Source of the DNA: Alloascoidea hylecoeti
Lineage: Eukaryota
DNA length: 64,000 nt
Direction of reading: 5' to 3'
NCBI GenBank assembly: GCA_001600815.1
Contig: BCKZ01000004.1
Location: forward strand, 1,329,566-1,393,565
A model generated the notes under the pieces. The model was not told where the DNA came from. It saw nothing but the letters and a program-made list of their open reading frames with translations, and did not search any database. Shown here one piece after another: positions 23,821 to 37,589 of the stretch (position 1 is the first letter of the stretch; each line of letters begins with the position of its first letter). The translations under genes were made by a program, and so were the position numbers.

Positions 23821-25083
23821 TTTTTTCAATATAAGTTATAACAATTGAGGGAAAAAACAAAGGGGTTAAGAACTTTTTCGCTATTTATGTGCAATCTAGT
23901 TAATGTGGTATACGAATATACGTGTTTGTCTGTAATCTCAAATTCTGGATTGAGCTTTGGGTATTCTTTTCCTCACTACTAAAATTCTTATAAAATACAA
24001 AATATTAAATAATACATAAACTTCTAACAGTATTAATTTAATGAATCACTCAAGATTTTTAGAGCGAATACTCACTCGTTTACAACCGGCTGAATGTGGA
24101 TGTAAATGATTTTGATCCCCCTACAATCTGGTTTAGCTTATAAGCACAAGTTTTTTTCCTTTATCAATCCTAGTTTTAGTGACAGCACCATGATCAAATT
24201 GTTCTTGTTCTTGTTTATAACCTTAATATCAAACTTTCTATGACTTATTACAATTTAAACTAACCATAGATTATATAATTGTTAATCATAGATATTTATT
24301 CATATATATTATGTACCGTTTTACTACTGAGCTTATCATTTTTTAATCATCAAAATTTTTAGTTATTCAAATTATTATTCAATTCCTTTTTTTAGCTATA
24401 GTTATATGAATGATTATTATAAGTGATCTGATTTAATGATTTATTAAATGATATATTTTTATCCTTTAGATTTATTTTGCATTCTTTTACCTTCTATTAA
24501 TTTCATTTTATAAATCCTCTCATTCTAATTTAGTTTTTTTTTATCGCTAGAGCTTGTTAAGTCGTTCAATTATCCAATAAATTAAGGATAAACTAAACAG
24601 CAATAAAAGAAATATAACTTTAAGAGTGGTAAAAATAAAAGTAAAATAATATAACTTACAATGATCAATTAAATTTTCATCAAATTATGTACAGGTTCAT
24701 ATCAAATCATAATCATAGCAATAACAATAGCAAAGACAAAAGGTTAAGATGAAAGGAATAAATAAATAATGAAATATCATTTGTATTAAGAAATGATAGT
24801 TAAGCTATGAATGAAACAAAAGAAAAGTATAACTTCAACAGTGAAACATATAAAATCAAAAAAAAGTAAAAAAAGAAAAAAGAAAAAAAAGCAATAGTAT
24901 AAAAAATGAATCTAATTCCCATAAACCATTACAACAAAATTAAATCAATCACCGGGTCACATACCATAAACAACCATAACAATAGCCAAAAAGTAGTTAA
25001 ATTGAATGATAAAACATCATTTGTATTATTCAAGATAATTATAGGTTCAATGATAATTCTTTAAAAATCGCTAAACTATTGTT

Positions 25084-26791
25084 TTACCAGATCCTTGACC
25101 TCTTACGATTAACAGTTGGTGAAGAGGCATCTTCCACATTCACATCAACAATGATATCATCCAAATCTTCTAATTCCCACTCATCATTATTATTTTTATC
25201 TCTAGATAATAATGAAGAGTTTGTAAAACCAAGTTTTAAAGGAGATTTTTGTTGTAATGATTCAATTTTTGGGTATTTATATGAAATATTCAATTGGGAA
25301 TCTCCAATTGAACGCAAATGAACATTTTTATTGATAAACAATTTATTAAACCCCAATTGTGAATTAAAAGAATTATTTAGATTTGATGTTGACTTTGAAG
25401 CCTTTGAAGCCTTTGAAGAAGCATAAGATTGAGTTTTATTCAATTGTTTACTACCTCTTCTAAAACGATCTAATTCTCTTTCACACGATTCTAAATGTCT
25501 TTTATCATTCATTTCAATATATTTTTCTGGAATACAACGAAATGACCAATTTTTAAAATATTTTTTATAACCACCTTCTAAAATTAATATATTTGGATAA
25601 TTTAAATATGGATAATTTTCAACATTTAATTCACGATCACATTTTCTTAAATGCATTGCCATTAATGGACCACGATGAGAACTAAATTCACAATGAAATA
25701 TTAAAAGTGGTGGGAAATTAGAATTTATTTGTTCTGTAGAAAGCATTTTTTCTAATTCTGAATGGGTATTTATATTAATTGCAGAATCAATATGACCACC
25801 TTCATACTCATAATCAAATCTACAATCAATTATGATATGCTTTGAATATAAATGTTCGAATTTACCATCCATGATATCACATAGTGTATTACCATCGATT
25901 CTTTTCAATGGATCTGATTCAACACTAAAATATTCAATTGGGCATTGATCTCTATCTAAGAATGATATTGGCGCGTCGGATCGTGCAGATGAATTGTTTT
26001 GGCTATTATAATTATTGTTCAAACATGAAGAAAGTCTAGTGCTTTCTTCCTCTTCTTTAACTTCGGAATCAACAACTTCTTGGGGGTGTTGAAACATAGA
26101 ATGAGTTCTTCTTGGTTTTGATCTATTTTTATAAAATCGGATATAACTTGCTCTATCTGCACAAACTGAACGAGCACGACGTTCCATCTTCTTACTGATT
26201 GGAGAACCAAAAGTATCATCAAAGATGTTTTTATCAATAACGTTCGGCCTCAGAGCAGGGATGTCAGATGGTGATGGTTCTTTAAAGTATGAATCAAGGG
26301 ATGTATCTGAAAGATGTAAAGAATCTGATGAAGGAATTAATGCTTTTGGTATTGATGATGGTCTTGAAAATAATTGATTAACTTTATTATTTCTTCAAAA
26401 GGGAAATAAGATTTTTAGTACCACAGATCAACAAACTGTAATTGACAAAACAAAATAAAACATACCCTTTAATTGGTTCAGCACTTGGAAAACACTTATT
26501 ATAACTTCTTCGAGGTTTCTTACAGCTATTATTAAAAATGTCGATATTTTCTTTATAGTTGGCATCAAAATCAGAAGAAACTGAAATTGAAGAAGCTGAT
26601 GAGAATGAGGAAAATAAACTACTTGGTGATCCACTATTTGAGCAAGTAGAAGAGTTGCTATTAATTGAGTATAACGATTTCATGTCTGGAGTACTAAAAT
26701 TTGAATATGAAGTTTTTGCAAAAGAGCTATTTTTATATGGAAAATTTTGTTTGCGAGGTAAATTAAGTGTAGAATCTTTGAGAATACTCAT
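25084..26791 (-). CDS. MIH1: M-phase inducer phosphatase (Cdc25/Mih1); exons about 26791-26466 and 26392-25084
   Basis: IIIDCRFDYEYEGGHI and LIFHCEFSSHRGP. A 73-nt intron GTATGT(26465)...TACTAAA...AAG(26393) restores the frame. Start codon uncertain (26791 or 26842). Confidence 0.9.
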
Positions 26792-26944
26792 TAATAAAAT
26801 AATTTCAACTGCAACCTGAAAGCATATAAAGAAACTTACCATTAGGGTTTCTTACTGTCAAGGGAAACCTACCAACTGATCTAAACATAAAACCTATTAG
26901 TATAATATCTTGTGATGGTGTATTAGCACATTTTACATACTTGA

Positions 26945-29900
26945 GAAGAAAATCCTGGGATCCATTGGTAATACCATTGTGCATTTTGACCTCTAGCTCT
27001 AGATTCTCCAGGTTGAATATGTTATGTTGTATATTTGGATATATGATGTCTAAACAAAGATTTGTTCAGGTGATAAATGAAGATGGATCGGATTGAAAAT
27101 TTGATAACTAGAGCAGATCGGAGCAATTTAACCTGAATTAAGTGAAGTCTTGACACTTTAAATACATTTTTTGGTTCTCAAAATATTTTTATTCAATTAC
27201 GAGATCTTGAATTTGTGTATGCATGGTACATATGCACACATGCATGCGTCGAACACTGTTTAAACTGGCATCCGCTAACCTGTTATTATATTATAATTGT
27301 CTCGTCATTTCATATCTAATTATGAAAAATTCCATTCTGAATTCCAGATTCAATCAAAACTCCTCTCTCCAATTTTTGATTTCGAGCCCGTTTCACCTTA
27401 AATGTCTAACGTTTTATTTGTTTGATTTTGGATGGGTTTCTTGATTCATAATAATTTGCCTCACGGACAGACTATCATTGTCTTGCTTTTTGATTGCCTT
27501 TTAGAAACAGGATCTAAATTACCTTACCGTTGGTGGGAGCTACCACAAGGCAAAGCTAATCCGAGTATTTCATCAAAGTTGTAAATCACAAGACTCAGAG
27601 TTTTGGGATCCGAAAACCAATCAGCGAGAAATATGCCCTATATATCATCAATAGCCCGCTTATTGGCATATTCATTCAAATTGCCATATGGCTGGAGAAG
27701 TAGAACCAGCACAACATTTCAACTGTTGTATGACCATAACTATTATTTGTATGGCAGTTGAGGAGCCCTAAATTACTTTCCTTGCAAATAATATTAAATT
27801 CAGTGCATATGCAACCTTATATTGATGCTTTTGGGAAGTCAGGGTAACTGTTGCCTTATGCTAGTAACTTCCTTATAAGCTTCTTCACCAGATTAAATGA
27901 AGCAAATCTATAATATAATTTCAATTGCAAACCCTAAACTTGTAAATCGATTCAAATCTATATGGTCTTGTGTGTATTCACTATTAATACACGTTTGCTT
28001 TCCTATTATAATGTGTGGCATTTATCATCGAAACCGGAGATATTCATATTTGAACTTAAACCCATAATGCAATTAGTTCATTATTTTAATTCCCCTTGAT
28101 TAACGGTAAACAGAAACAAAGACACAGAAAAAAATTAAAAATGGACCAAATTATAAACTAAAAATGTTGAAACTATAATATAACGTAATTTACTAAATTT
28201 TTGAGCCTGCCTGGCAGTGCCTGCTCAATTTGGCTATTGTTAAGAATGAAGAATCATTGTAGATGAAATTGAAATATATGAAGTAAATATAGAATATTAC
28301 TCCATCCAACTAAATGGATAACATGTTTATTGCAATATTAATAAACATAATATCAAATCAAATTTAAATAAAAATAATTACTCATGCTTGAGTCAACTTG
28401 ACAGACGTCGTCTGTATCGCAATATTCGCTATTAGCCTATAGCTATATTTAAAACACTTGCAACTTGCGTATTATAATTTTGTACTAGACGCTTATACTT
28501 AGAATAAAATTCTTCCAGGTTCTAGCCAGTACGTGAAGATAATTATAAAAGTGAAATTTCAAACGGGCTTAAACTTAATTAGGTTACAGAGTTACAAACT
28601 GTTATACGAATAAAGTTCTATAATTGACAGACTTTAAACATGTAAACCGAAAATTTATTTTTCCAATTGTAATCATCACTTATAATTAAGGAATCATTCA
28701 CCCCATTTGATAATATTAATATCAATTTCATACCAGATCAGGATAGATACTGAAGCTAATTACAAAGAAATCTCACCTCTACGTTATTAATATGGTTGGT
28801 CATCAAGTTTCACCCCTCAGGTGCGGGTCTACCGGTAGGCTATAACTGAAAATAGATTTGTGAGATGCTTAAAAAAAGATTTCAGCCATCAATTATGTAA
28901 TCTCAAAATTTATAACTTGATCTGTATCCCCATATATCAATTCAATTCAATCGTAACCTATCGAAGTACTTCCATTTATCCATCTAGAGTTTAAGCAGTG
29001 TTTCCACATATGAACAAGGAATTAAGCAATCAAGTTAACCTAGATTTACGTACTTTCGAATCCCCTGTCGGCAAAAGCATACCCAATTACCCATTGAAAA
29101 GTATAAACCCGATTAAAATGGGTATTGAACAGTCCAAATGATTATTGAAATTTGCTCTTACGTTTTATTTCGTTTGTTTCTCTCTGGATGTTCCAACTAA
29201 ATGGCAATGCTACAGTGATATCAAAAGATGTTGATCTAAGAAGTAACACAAGAAGAAAAAAGAGAAAATTGAAATCTAATTGGGAGGGGGTATTGCCAAT
29301 TACAATTCATAATTATATTTTGTGCAATTGTGTTATTGTGGTCATGAATTGTCTTACCCTATATAAAAGTTAGTTTTGTTAGTTTTGTGGATAATCGCAA
29401 TCGTTGAACCAACGTAGTACAAATCCCAGTTGCCCATTGCAAATTTGCAATTAACAAAGAAAATACAAAGCCAAAAAACACAGTTAAAAAGCATAACATG
29501 ATTATAAAAGTGTACATTGAATGAAGTCTAGAACCACCTATCTACAATTGAATCTTTATCGATCACTGTCTTTTTCTTTTTCTAAAGTCCAGTGCCGATA
29601 CAAGATTACGTGAATTAATATAAACATCTCAAATTATTATCAATTATTATATAAGTTAAGATTAGATAAGTAGAAGGATAATATATGGATATGAGACCAT
29701 GGATGATCAACTTAATCAATCAGTTCATTGAACTTCATTCCCTTTTAGAAACTTTATTAATATAATCGCCGTACAATTTTGGTGGAAGTGTTATTTCAAA
29801 AACTGAAATAATTGAATAGTGAACTATTAATTATGTGAATAACATCTCATTGTAATTTGTGTGTGGTCTTGGTCTTGTACTTGTACACACATAACAATTA

Positions 29901-30200
29901 TAGATATATGATGATTAGATCCATTGACATCTACATTCCATTCACATATCTGTACTGGCATAGGTAACGTTTGGAATTTTATCTGCTGATGTAGGGCACC
30001 AAGTCGTTGGTTAACGTTATCAACGTTAACTCATCCTGCCTCGTTATAGTATTTACGTTTTAAATTCAATTCATCCAATCACTCTCTCTCTCCAATTGAT
30101 TTCATCGTAAATGATAAATATTACTTCTTTAAATCTCTCAATTGCGTGAAATAATGTAGTCAATTGGAAAACATCGTTAAATGTGTAACCTAATGAACTT
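26945..30200 (-). pseudogene. Candidate near full-length decayed totivirus Gag copy
   Basis: Collinear motifs: KRKYYNEAG*VNVDNVNQRL (30060-30001), SNHHISII, IKFKPV*N...YWL (28579-28521), IQTTSV (about 28410), YNFDEILGLAL (about 27570), and a GGATTTT slippery-type heptamer at 26955-26949. Confidence 0.55.
28725..28900 (+). pseudogene. Candidate Gag N-terminal fragment nested in the opposite orientation
   Basis: RIDTEANYKEISPLRY*YGWSSSFT...NRFVRCLKKDF versus recalled L-A RVRTDFKFDNLVFNRVYGVSQKFT...SSYLEGIAKKY. Confidence 0.35.
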
Positions 30201-31664
30201 AAGTCTAAAGGTCAAAAACAAAAGAAATGAATGGAGAGGAGATAAACAAGCTTGTTAACATCCAAACATCTCATCGTACAAAGCAAACCCAAAGCCGGTA
30301 ACCCCCAGGTATCCATACCGAATATTTAGTACACCACGTAGCCTAAATTAAGTGTTAATACTGTAAAGAGTAAACACGTGGTCATTTTTTATTTAAAAAC
30401 TGTAAAAGAAGAGCATTAAAAAATTGTCAAGTTATGGGGAATGGAGAATGGAGATGAGATTGAGAGAAAATACCCTATATTCTTTACAAGATCGATAATA
30501 GAAGCTTAGAAGGTAAAAAAACGACGGTAGAGTGAATAATACAAAAATCAAATTTAAATAAAAAAAATTCATGTATAGATAGCACTGAGTTATGAATGTA
30601 TAACTTTAAAGAATTATAGTAGGTATAACTATTGATATATGGCATCGATTCATTAACTATAGCTAAATCTATAGACCTTGTAGCCAATACAACATATCTG
30701 TTGTAGTATCTTAAACTATTAATTATTCTAAAATTGCTATCATACATTTTTACAGTCTTAATACCTTTCAGTTAATGAAAACTTAGAGGAACTTCACCTA
30801 AAATATGGAAATTTACCCTTCATTACTATAGCTAAGATCAAAGAAGAATCACTAGGATCTTCTTAGAATGGGGTGAAAGTTGAAGAGAGACTTTTCAATT
30901 AATGGATCTTACCAGCCATATCGAAGAAGTTACTCACGAACTTAAGTGAGAGATCGGAAGATCAGATAAACAAGTATTTAAAAATAATCACTACAATTCA
31001 ACAGCTCTATTATATTACGATAAATCAAAGAAAATAAAGGTTGTGTGAGAAAAGAGTGGAATATGTCTATAAATTTTAGTATAAAAGAAAAACCGATTAG
31101 AAAAGATAGTTTTTTTAGAAAAAAAGTAAGGATGTTAAAAATGGAACAACTATTTTTAGGTACTGAATCAAGAACCACAAACTAAAGGATTTCATGCCTA
31201 TGTTACTATCAAAGTATTGATAAATCTTGAGAAATTAATCACACAGTTATTTATGGCTAATTAAGAGTCTTGAGGTATTTTATATTATATTATGTAATAC
31301 CATATCCAATGCGACATCTGAAATAGATGATTATTATTCATTATACTTAATCTACCATCAAAAATTATGTATCGTTGCAAAATGACACATTATCAGTAAA
31401 AAAAAGTTGTATATATATAAGCTTGAGATAGAGGTTGGGACAGGCAATATATAATACAAGCTCGGGTACTTGTTAGTTTATTGATGTCGATTAAAGCTTA
31501 TCCACCGATCCATATAATTATAAGTATACCATAATCACGTAACATTAATGATTACTAATTACCTGGACGAATTAATTATAAAAAAACCCAAATTTCTTCC
31601 TATTCCCTAGAATTATTCTTTTCTAAAGTCATATTAATCATTAATATTACAAATTGAAGTTATA

Positions 31665-32459
31665 ATGTTATTACCAACAACTCAAAAGGCAATTGTAATT
31701 CATGAAAATGGAGGTCCTGAAGTTTTAAAATATGAAGATATCCTAGTTCCTCAAATCAAAGATTCAGAAATACTTATTAAAAATAAATACGCTGGTATTA
31801 ATTTTTTAGAATCATATTATAGAACTGGATTATATCAAAGTATAAAACCATATATTTTAGGCCGTGAAGCATCTGGTGGTAATCGTTGCAATTGGATCAC
31901 AAATAACAAATTATAAAATTTATTTCACCAAAAAATGGTAAGATTTTAAAATTACCCCAAGATTTAAATGAAGAAGGATTTAAAATATATGGTAGTGTTT
32001 TACTTCAATCATTAACTGCTTTAACTTTCGTTAATGAAGCTTATGATGTTTTAAAAGATGATTATATCTTGGTTCATGCTGCTGGTGGAGTTGGTCTAAT
32101 ATTAGACCAATTGATTTCATTACGTGGTGCTAATGTAATTGGAACAGTTTCAACATTAGAAAAGTCAAAATTGGCAAAGGATAATGGAGTTGGTTATATT
32201 ATAGATTCTACAAATAAAGATATAGTTTCAAAAGTTTTGGAGATAACAAATGGAAATGGAGTAGCTGCCGTTTTTGATGGTGTTTGTAAATCAACATTTG
32301 ATATATCTTTGAAATTTGTTGCAATTAAATAAGTTAATTATTGAAAAGACATTAAGGTTTGATATTAAAGTTTTTGAATTGAAAGATTATAGAATTGCAA
32401 CTGAATTGTTGGGAGGTAGAAAAACAGTTGGTAAATTGACACTTAAAATTCCTCAATAA
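31665..32459 (+). pseudogene. NADPH:quinone oxidoreductase (zeta-crystallin/Zta1-like) pseudogene
   Basis: HENGGPEVLKYED, YAGINFLESYYRTGLY, VHAAGGVG and RKTVGKLTLKIPQ*. Broken by frameshifts, stops and deletions. Confidence 0.9.
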
Positions 32460-32495
32460 ATGCTGTATATTCATTTGTATTCATCATATATAAAA

Positions 32496-35291
32496 CTATC
32501 TATATTTGAAAAGATCGTTCTCAAATGGATCTCCATCACCAGTATACATCATATCATTCCATCCAGGTAATAGATAACTCATATTAATGTTATCAAATAC
32601 ATCATAATCAACGATACTGTTACCATCCTGCTCCCTACCATCAGGTGCATTTGAAACAGAGATTTGGATAGGTTGTTGATTAGATGTAGGTAAATCTGAT
32701 TGTTGTATTGTAAAAGAATCAGATGTTTGTGATGTTTGTAAATAAGTTTGAGATGGTAGTTGGGGTTGGGAAGACTGGAATTGGCTAAATGGTAATGAGG
32801 ATATAGGTAACTGTCGTGTTGGTAGATTTAAAGTAGTTGAACCAACATCAGATTGTAAAGAAGACGAGAAGGCGATTGAATTATTTTGTCCGAGGGAATT
32901 AGTAGTTTTGCTTATACTGTTATGTTGTGGTACAGATGATCCGCTAAGACTATGTTCACTCAATGGTGTACCAGGATTTGTACTAGTAGTAGATGATAAT
33001 ATATTATTGATTGAAAAGTGAAAACCCGGGCTATTGGGATTTGTTCCAGTTGGATTATTAAGAACATCAAGACTTTTAATTAACAATTCATGTTTTTCCT
33101 TCTTAATTTTTATAATTTCTTCATCAGCATCATGAATTTCACCAGATCCATAATTTTGTAAAGCCATTTTAAGTTCATTTTTTTTAACTGATGATTCATT
33201 ACCAATTACTTGTGGCATTATTATATTTGTTCTTTTTGTTAATTTAACCCATGATATTGCAAGACTCCAAATATTACTCCATCGTGTTTCTAAAAGATTA
33301 ATATTTGAATTTGCTAATTCAATAGCTTCTCGTTTTATTTTCTCAACCGTTAATTTTTTCAATTGCATGTCATCATTATTAACACCATCCAATATGATAT
33401 GTCTTTCTAATAAATGTGATGGGAAATAACTGAAATATAAATTTACACCAGCAACGGTGAAAAGTTCAAATCCAGTTAATGGAGCAATAACCATTGCACT
33501 AATAGAAGTCAATGTACTAATTAAATCTGATAATTTTCTTGCTGCTTTAAGTAATAATGATGTTGATTTCCCCCACCATTTAGAATCATAATTTTTATTA
33601 TGATTTAAATAGTTATAATAATCGGGATTTAAGAAGAAATATTCTCTATTTAAGAATATACGACAGAGTAAAATTAAACAATGCAAATAACCACAAGAAC
33701 CAAATAATGACATTTCATTTGTTTCTGAACTTTGACTATTTCTCCATTTTTCAAAATCATTTTTATGTTGCAATTGTTCTATTGTTCTTGAATCTAATTG
33801 ATATTTTTCAGATAATGAAAATTCAATTTGATCTAATTCTTGTGATAAAATATAATATTTTGATTTATAATCCCATGGTGGATAAACTTCTTTTCTACCA
33901 CCAATTTCTCCAACCCATTTTGCAATTTTTGCCCAAATTTCAAATGTTAATAATATATATCCATGACAGCTTATTGTTGAAATTTTATTTAAATCTTTTT
34001 TATCTAAAACTTCTCTTGCTTCATTGAAAGTTAATGTTCTAACTGAATTTCCATTTGTAAAATCTGATTCTGTGCATGGAGTTGGGATTTTAATGTCATC
34101 AATTTTTATTGCTGGTGATCTATCTTTACCACTCGATATACATCTATCCATCATATATACAGACCATAATGTTCTTCGTTTCGCTTCTGCTAAAATAAAT
34201 TCATGTTGTTGTGAAGTTCCATTACTATTAACTGAACTTATTGTTGAAGTTGTAAATGGTGATCCAAAATATGTTTCTTTGCTAGTATCATTTTCTTGTT
34301 CAATTTCTCGATATCTATAGCATACACTATTTGGTGATACTAAGCCAAGAACTGATGCCATTCTTGAAGCTATTCCAATATACATATAGCTTCGAGGGAC
34401 ATTTGCTTCCCCCCATTCGTGTGATGTTAACATAATTAATGCTTGAACACGTTGAATTGATGGTTTATCAAATTGTCTCATAAATCTGCAACGAGCATGC
34501 CATCCAAAGTAATTTGAAGCCCCTGATGGTATTTTCACTTTAGGTAAATGTTGAGTATTTGAATATTTAGAACTAGTAGAATTAATACCACCAATTAATG
34601 AATGTAATAATATCCCTTCACCATTATTACTGGCACCTTCAGGAAAAGGACTTTTATCAGGAATAAATTGATGAGGATTATTTTGTTCAGAAAATTTTCC
34701 ATATCTATGAACTAGAATTGGATGAAATCTAGCACATAATGCTAAAACACCTAATAAAATTATTGGATCAGGCCAATTTAAAATTGATATTGAATCATCT
34801 GAATCATAATCATTAACTAATAAAGTTAAATAATCATTAAAATAAGTTTCTGGATTAAATTTTTTTGAATTTAAAAATCTTAAAAAATATTTTTTATGAA
34901 TAAATGGGAATGTTCCTTTATATTGATTTTCAAAAAATATTTGAGCAATTTCAAACAAGATTTTTTTTTCTGGTAATATACATTCAGGAATACTTTCATT
35001 TATTCCATTAGTTTCATGATTTGGATTGGTTTTCCTTTTTGAATTAGGTTGTGATGATTCTTTTCCTATACTGGAAGAAGAAGAAGATTTTCTTTTTGAT
35101 GAAGTTTTAATTGATTTTGATGGATCTTGTTTATTTTTTATTTTTTTTATTTGAGATGGTTTTGGGGTATAATAACATTTAAGATTTAGTTTTTGACATC
35201 TTTCACAAGTCTGTGGTTTTGAAATATCACTATTATTTTTACAACGAAGTTTACTTGATCGACAAATATCGCATGCCAAGGATGTTCGCAT
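32496..35291 (-). CDS. Zn(II)2Cys6 fungal transcription factor
   Basis: ACDICRSSKLRC...CERCQKLNLKCYY, plus a fungal TF middle-homology region (RRTLWSVYMMDR). Confidence 0.95.
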   Translation of the reverse strand: MRTSLACDICRSSKLRCKNNSDISKPQTCERCQKLNLKCYYTPKPSQIKKIKNKQDPSKSIKTSSKRKSSSSSSIGKESSQPNSKRKTNPNHETNGINESIPECILPEKKILFEIAQIFFENQYKGTFPFIHKKYFLRFLNSKKFNPETYFNDYLTLLVNDYDSDDSISILNWPDPIILLGVLALCARFHPILVHRYGKFSEQNNPHQFIPDKSPFPEGASNNGEGILLHSLIGGINSTSSKYSNTQHLPKVKIPSGASNYFGWHARCRFMRQFDKPSIQRVQALIMLTSHEWGEANVPRSYMYIGIASRMASVLGLVSPNSVCYRYREIEQENDTSKETYFGSPFTTSTISSVNSNGTSQQHEFILAEAKRRTLWSVYMMDRCISSGKDRSPAIKIDDIKIPTPCTESDFTNGNSVRTLTFNEAREVLDKKDLNKISTISCHGYILLTFEIWAKIAKWVGEIGGRKEVYPPWDYKSKYYILSQELDQIEFSLSEKYQLDSRTIEQLQHKNDFEKWRNSQSSETNEMSLFGSCGYLHCLILLCRIFLNREYFFLNPDYYNYLNHNKNYDSKWWGKSTSLLLKAARKLSDLISTLTSISAMVIAPLTGFELFTVAGVNLYFSYFPSHLLERHIILDGVNNDDMQLKKLTVEKIKREAIELANSNINLLETRWSNIWSLAISWVKLTKRTNIIMPQVIGNESSVKKNELKMALQNYGSGEIHDADEEIIKIKKEKHELLIKSLDVLNNPTGTNPNSPGFHFSINNILSSTTSTNPGTPLSEHSLSGSSVPQHNSISKTTNSLGQNNSIAFSSSLQSDVGSTTLNLPTRQLPISSLPFSQFQSSQPQLPSQTYLQTSQTSDSFTIQQSDLPTSNQQPIQISVSNAPDGREQDGNSIVDYDVFDNINMSYLLPGWNDMMYTGDGDPFENDLFKYR

Positions 35292-35559
35292 GTTTGAAAG
35301 ATGTTGTTAAATTTAAACTTTAGATTCTAATTTGATTTGAGTCAATAATTTCGTAGTCTTTTTTTTTTTTTTTGATGGTTTGTGGGGTAAAATTAAAGCA
35401 GATATAACTTTTGAGAAATAAAACACAATGGGTTAAATTAAACGGATGTTTATTGAACTGAACGTTTCCTGTTTTTCTAATCCATTTAAGGCAATAATGA
35501 TATATCAGCGAATCTTCACGAACAAATAAATTCGTTGTAGCCTGCGAATGGTGGATGGT

Positions 35560-36530
35560 GGTAAGTCAGCAGCCGCAAGGAATTAATAATAAGGTGAGTA
35601 AAAATATCGGATGGTCGGGACGGGATTTTGAGTGATTTTGGCCGGACTACAAATAATTTGTTACATTAATTAGTCCTGGGTGTTTAACGATGGAGAAATG
35701 GATTCAAATACAATGGCCGGGTAAACATTGTATTAGTTACACAGAGAAATCATCCATATATTCCGTCTCCGCTACAAATAGATGATTACTACACAGGTGT
35801 CAGATGTATCAACCCTTTCAAATTGACGAAAACAATAGATGTGGGCAGCTCTGAGTTCAAGCTGATGTTTCTCAAGTGTACAAATTGGAGAAATAGAAAA
35901 TCTGATTTATAATATAATCTATTGAATATAAAATGTGCAAAATATTGGATTCTTATCATGATATAATATATCGTTTACCTATACGTAAAACGTATACGGT
36001 GGTTCTGAGGATGCTTGGTTCTCTTTCAACCTTTTAATGGGTTGAAAAATGTCATTATTCTCAAATCCCTATAACAGGATCAAAAGATGGAAATTTGACA
36101 GCTATTTTTTAAATTGCTATTATGTATTTCTATAAAATCGTTGATTATGTTGGGTATAAATGAATTAATATTCCAGCAAGGGCTGATTGCGATCATGAAT
36201 CTATACCAAATGCCCATGAAGGATTTACCGTGGCAGCTGAATACACGTATAACATTAAGAAATTTGATGACTGGGGTAGATTTTACTGTTTTATATTTCA
36301 AAGTCGGGGGAGTCTGATGATTATAGCTAAATAGTGCTGTTAGAAAATGACTGTTGTGCATGTACTTATGTTGATATATAGGTCAGAAAGGAATACTATC
36401 TGAACTAATATTGGCCCCATATAAAGCTTTATAGTTGTTGTACCTGTATGTTCGAGGTTGGGTGTCGAGCGAGTGCCAATATTGGGTTTTGCCCGAGGAG
36501 ATATCGTATACCTAATACAGTTAGGATGCA
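35560..36530 (+). pseudogene. Decayed totivirus Gag copy (best-preserved motif series)
   Basis: In order: QGINNK, FNDG, QWPG, CINP...NWRNRK, DYVGY, QQGLIAIM, IPNAHEGF (36203-36226), YNIKKF..WGRF, SANIGFCPRR. Recalled L-A counterparts: EGIAKK, YHDG, AWPS, KYVN, QIMMKPVPNCAEGY, NIPKF..RGRY, ALNTGLYLRR. Confidence 0.65.
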
Positions 36531-37589
36531 CAAACATGATTTGTATGGGATGAAATCCTTTCCCTCTCGTTGGCTATATTGAAGTCCTGTTTATCTAACC
36601 ATATTAGCTAATGACCTTAACTATGTATATTCTTCTCAATAAAAATACGGTATAATTTCGGCAAATAATAGTAAACATTATGGCAAAGGATCACCGGTTT
36701 ATCATAGATTCCAAAATAGCCCAAATTATGATGGAACAAATCATAAATCTTGTTAATATATTTTGGTTATCTTCCCCATATCTTAATTGATTACATGAAT
36801 CATAACCTAATTTGGACTTTCCCCACACCCTCTTTTAAAATCCTTCCAACAAATTAAATGACTCTTTAAAAAAAATAGTAGATAGATAGATGACCAATAG
36901 AATTTATGTTGTTCCTACCCATTTTATTTTTAAATTTATTGCTTTTTGTTGAGGCTAGGCGTTGTATTCAAATACACCGTTTCTTTTAATTATTCGCAGC
37001 GCAAATCTGCATAAATATGCACTAATCTGCGATATAGATTATCTTCATTTTGCCTCCGTATGCGGAGAAACATCAGTACTTCCCTATATAGTATTTCTGC
37101 ATTATCGCAGATTCATTTATAGTAAGTTTTAATATGCGCAGATCCAATTATGGTAGTTACCCTACTCTGTATTACACACTTTGTATGTAAGTATATGTAT
37201 GCACGGACCAGTTAGATTCATTCATTAAATGATTTTTTCAATCTTTTCGATGGGTTTAAATTGATCTCCAAACTTTCGCTAGTGTATTCCCCGAAAACAG
37301 GGCTAGCAAATTCAGTAGCAATTAGGTGGAATATTCAATCCCGCTGATTTTCATTGCCTAGATAAGAACACACTAATATTTTTCAACAAACCATGCATAT
37401 TCGATTTCGGGACGCAATTTCCATCCTAATTGGACCATATTTACCAGCGGAATTATTAACAAAACAAATTGAAAAAGTTAAGGTACAATGTAAACGATTA
37501 TGAATGAGAGCGTTTCTTATATAACTTTAGGAAAGATCTCTTTATTATCACTATATTAATTACATGAAGTAATAAATCTAAACATACAA

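Noticed and set aside
26816..26839. 24-nt intron after ATG 26842 in MIH1
   Set aside because: Too short and lacking a branch point; the start codon is left uncertain.
26850..31660. Centromere as the explanation for the gene-free region
   Set aside because: No point-centromere elements or large inverted repeats were seen; a regional centromere cannot be excluded from sequence alone.
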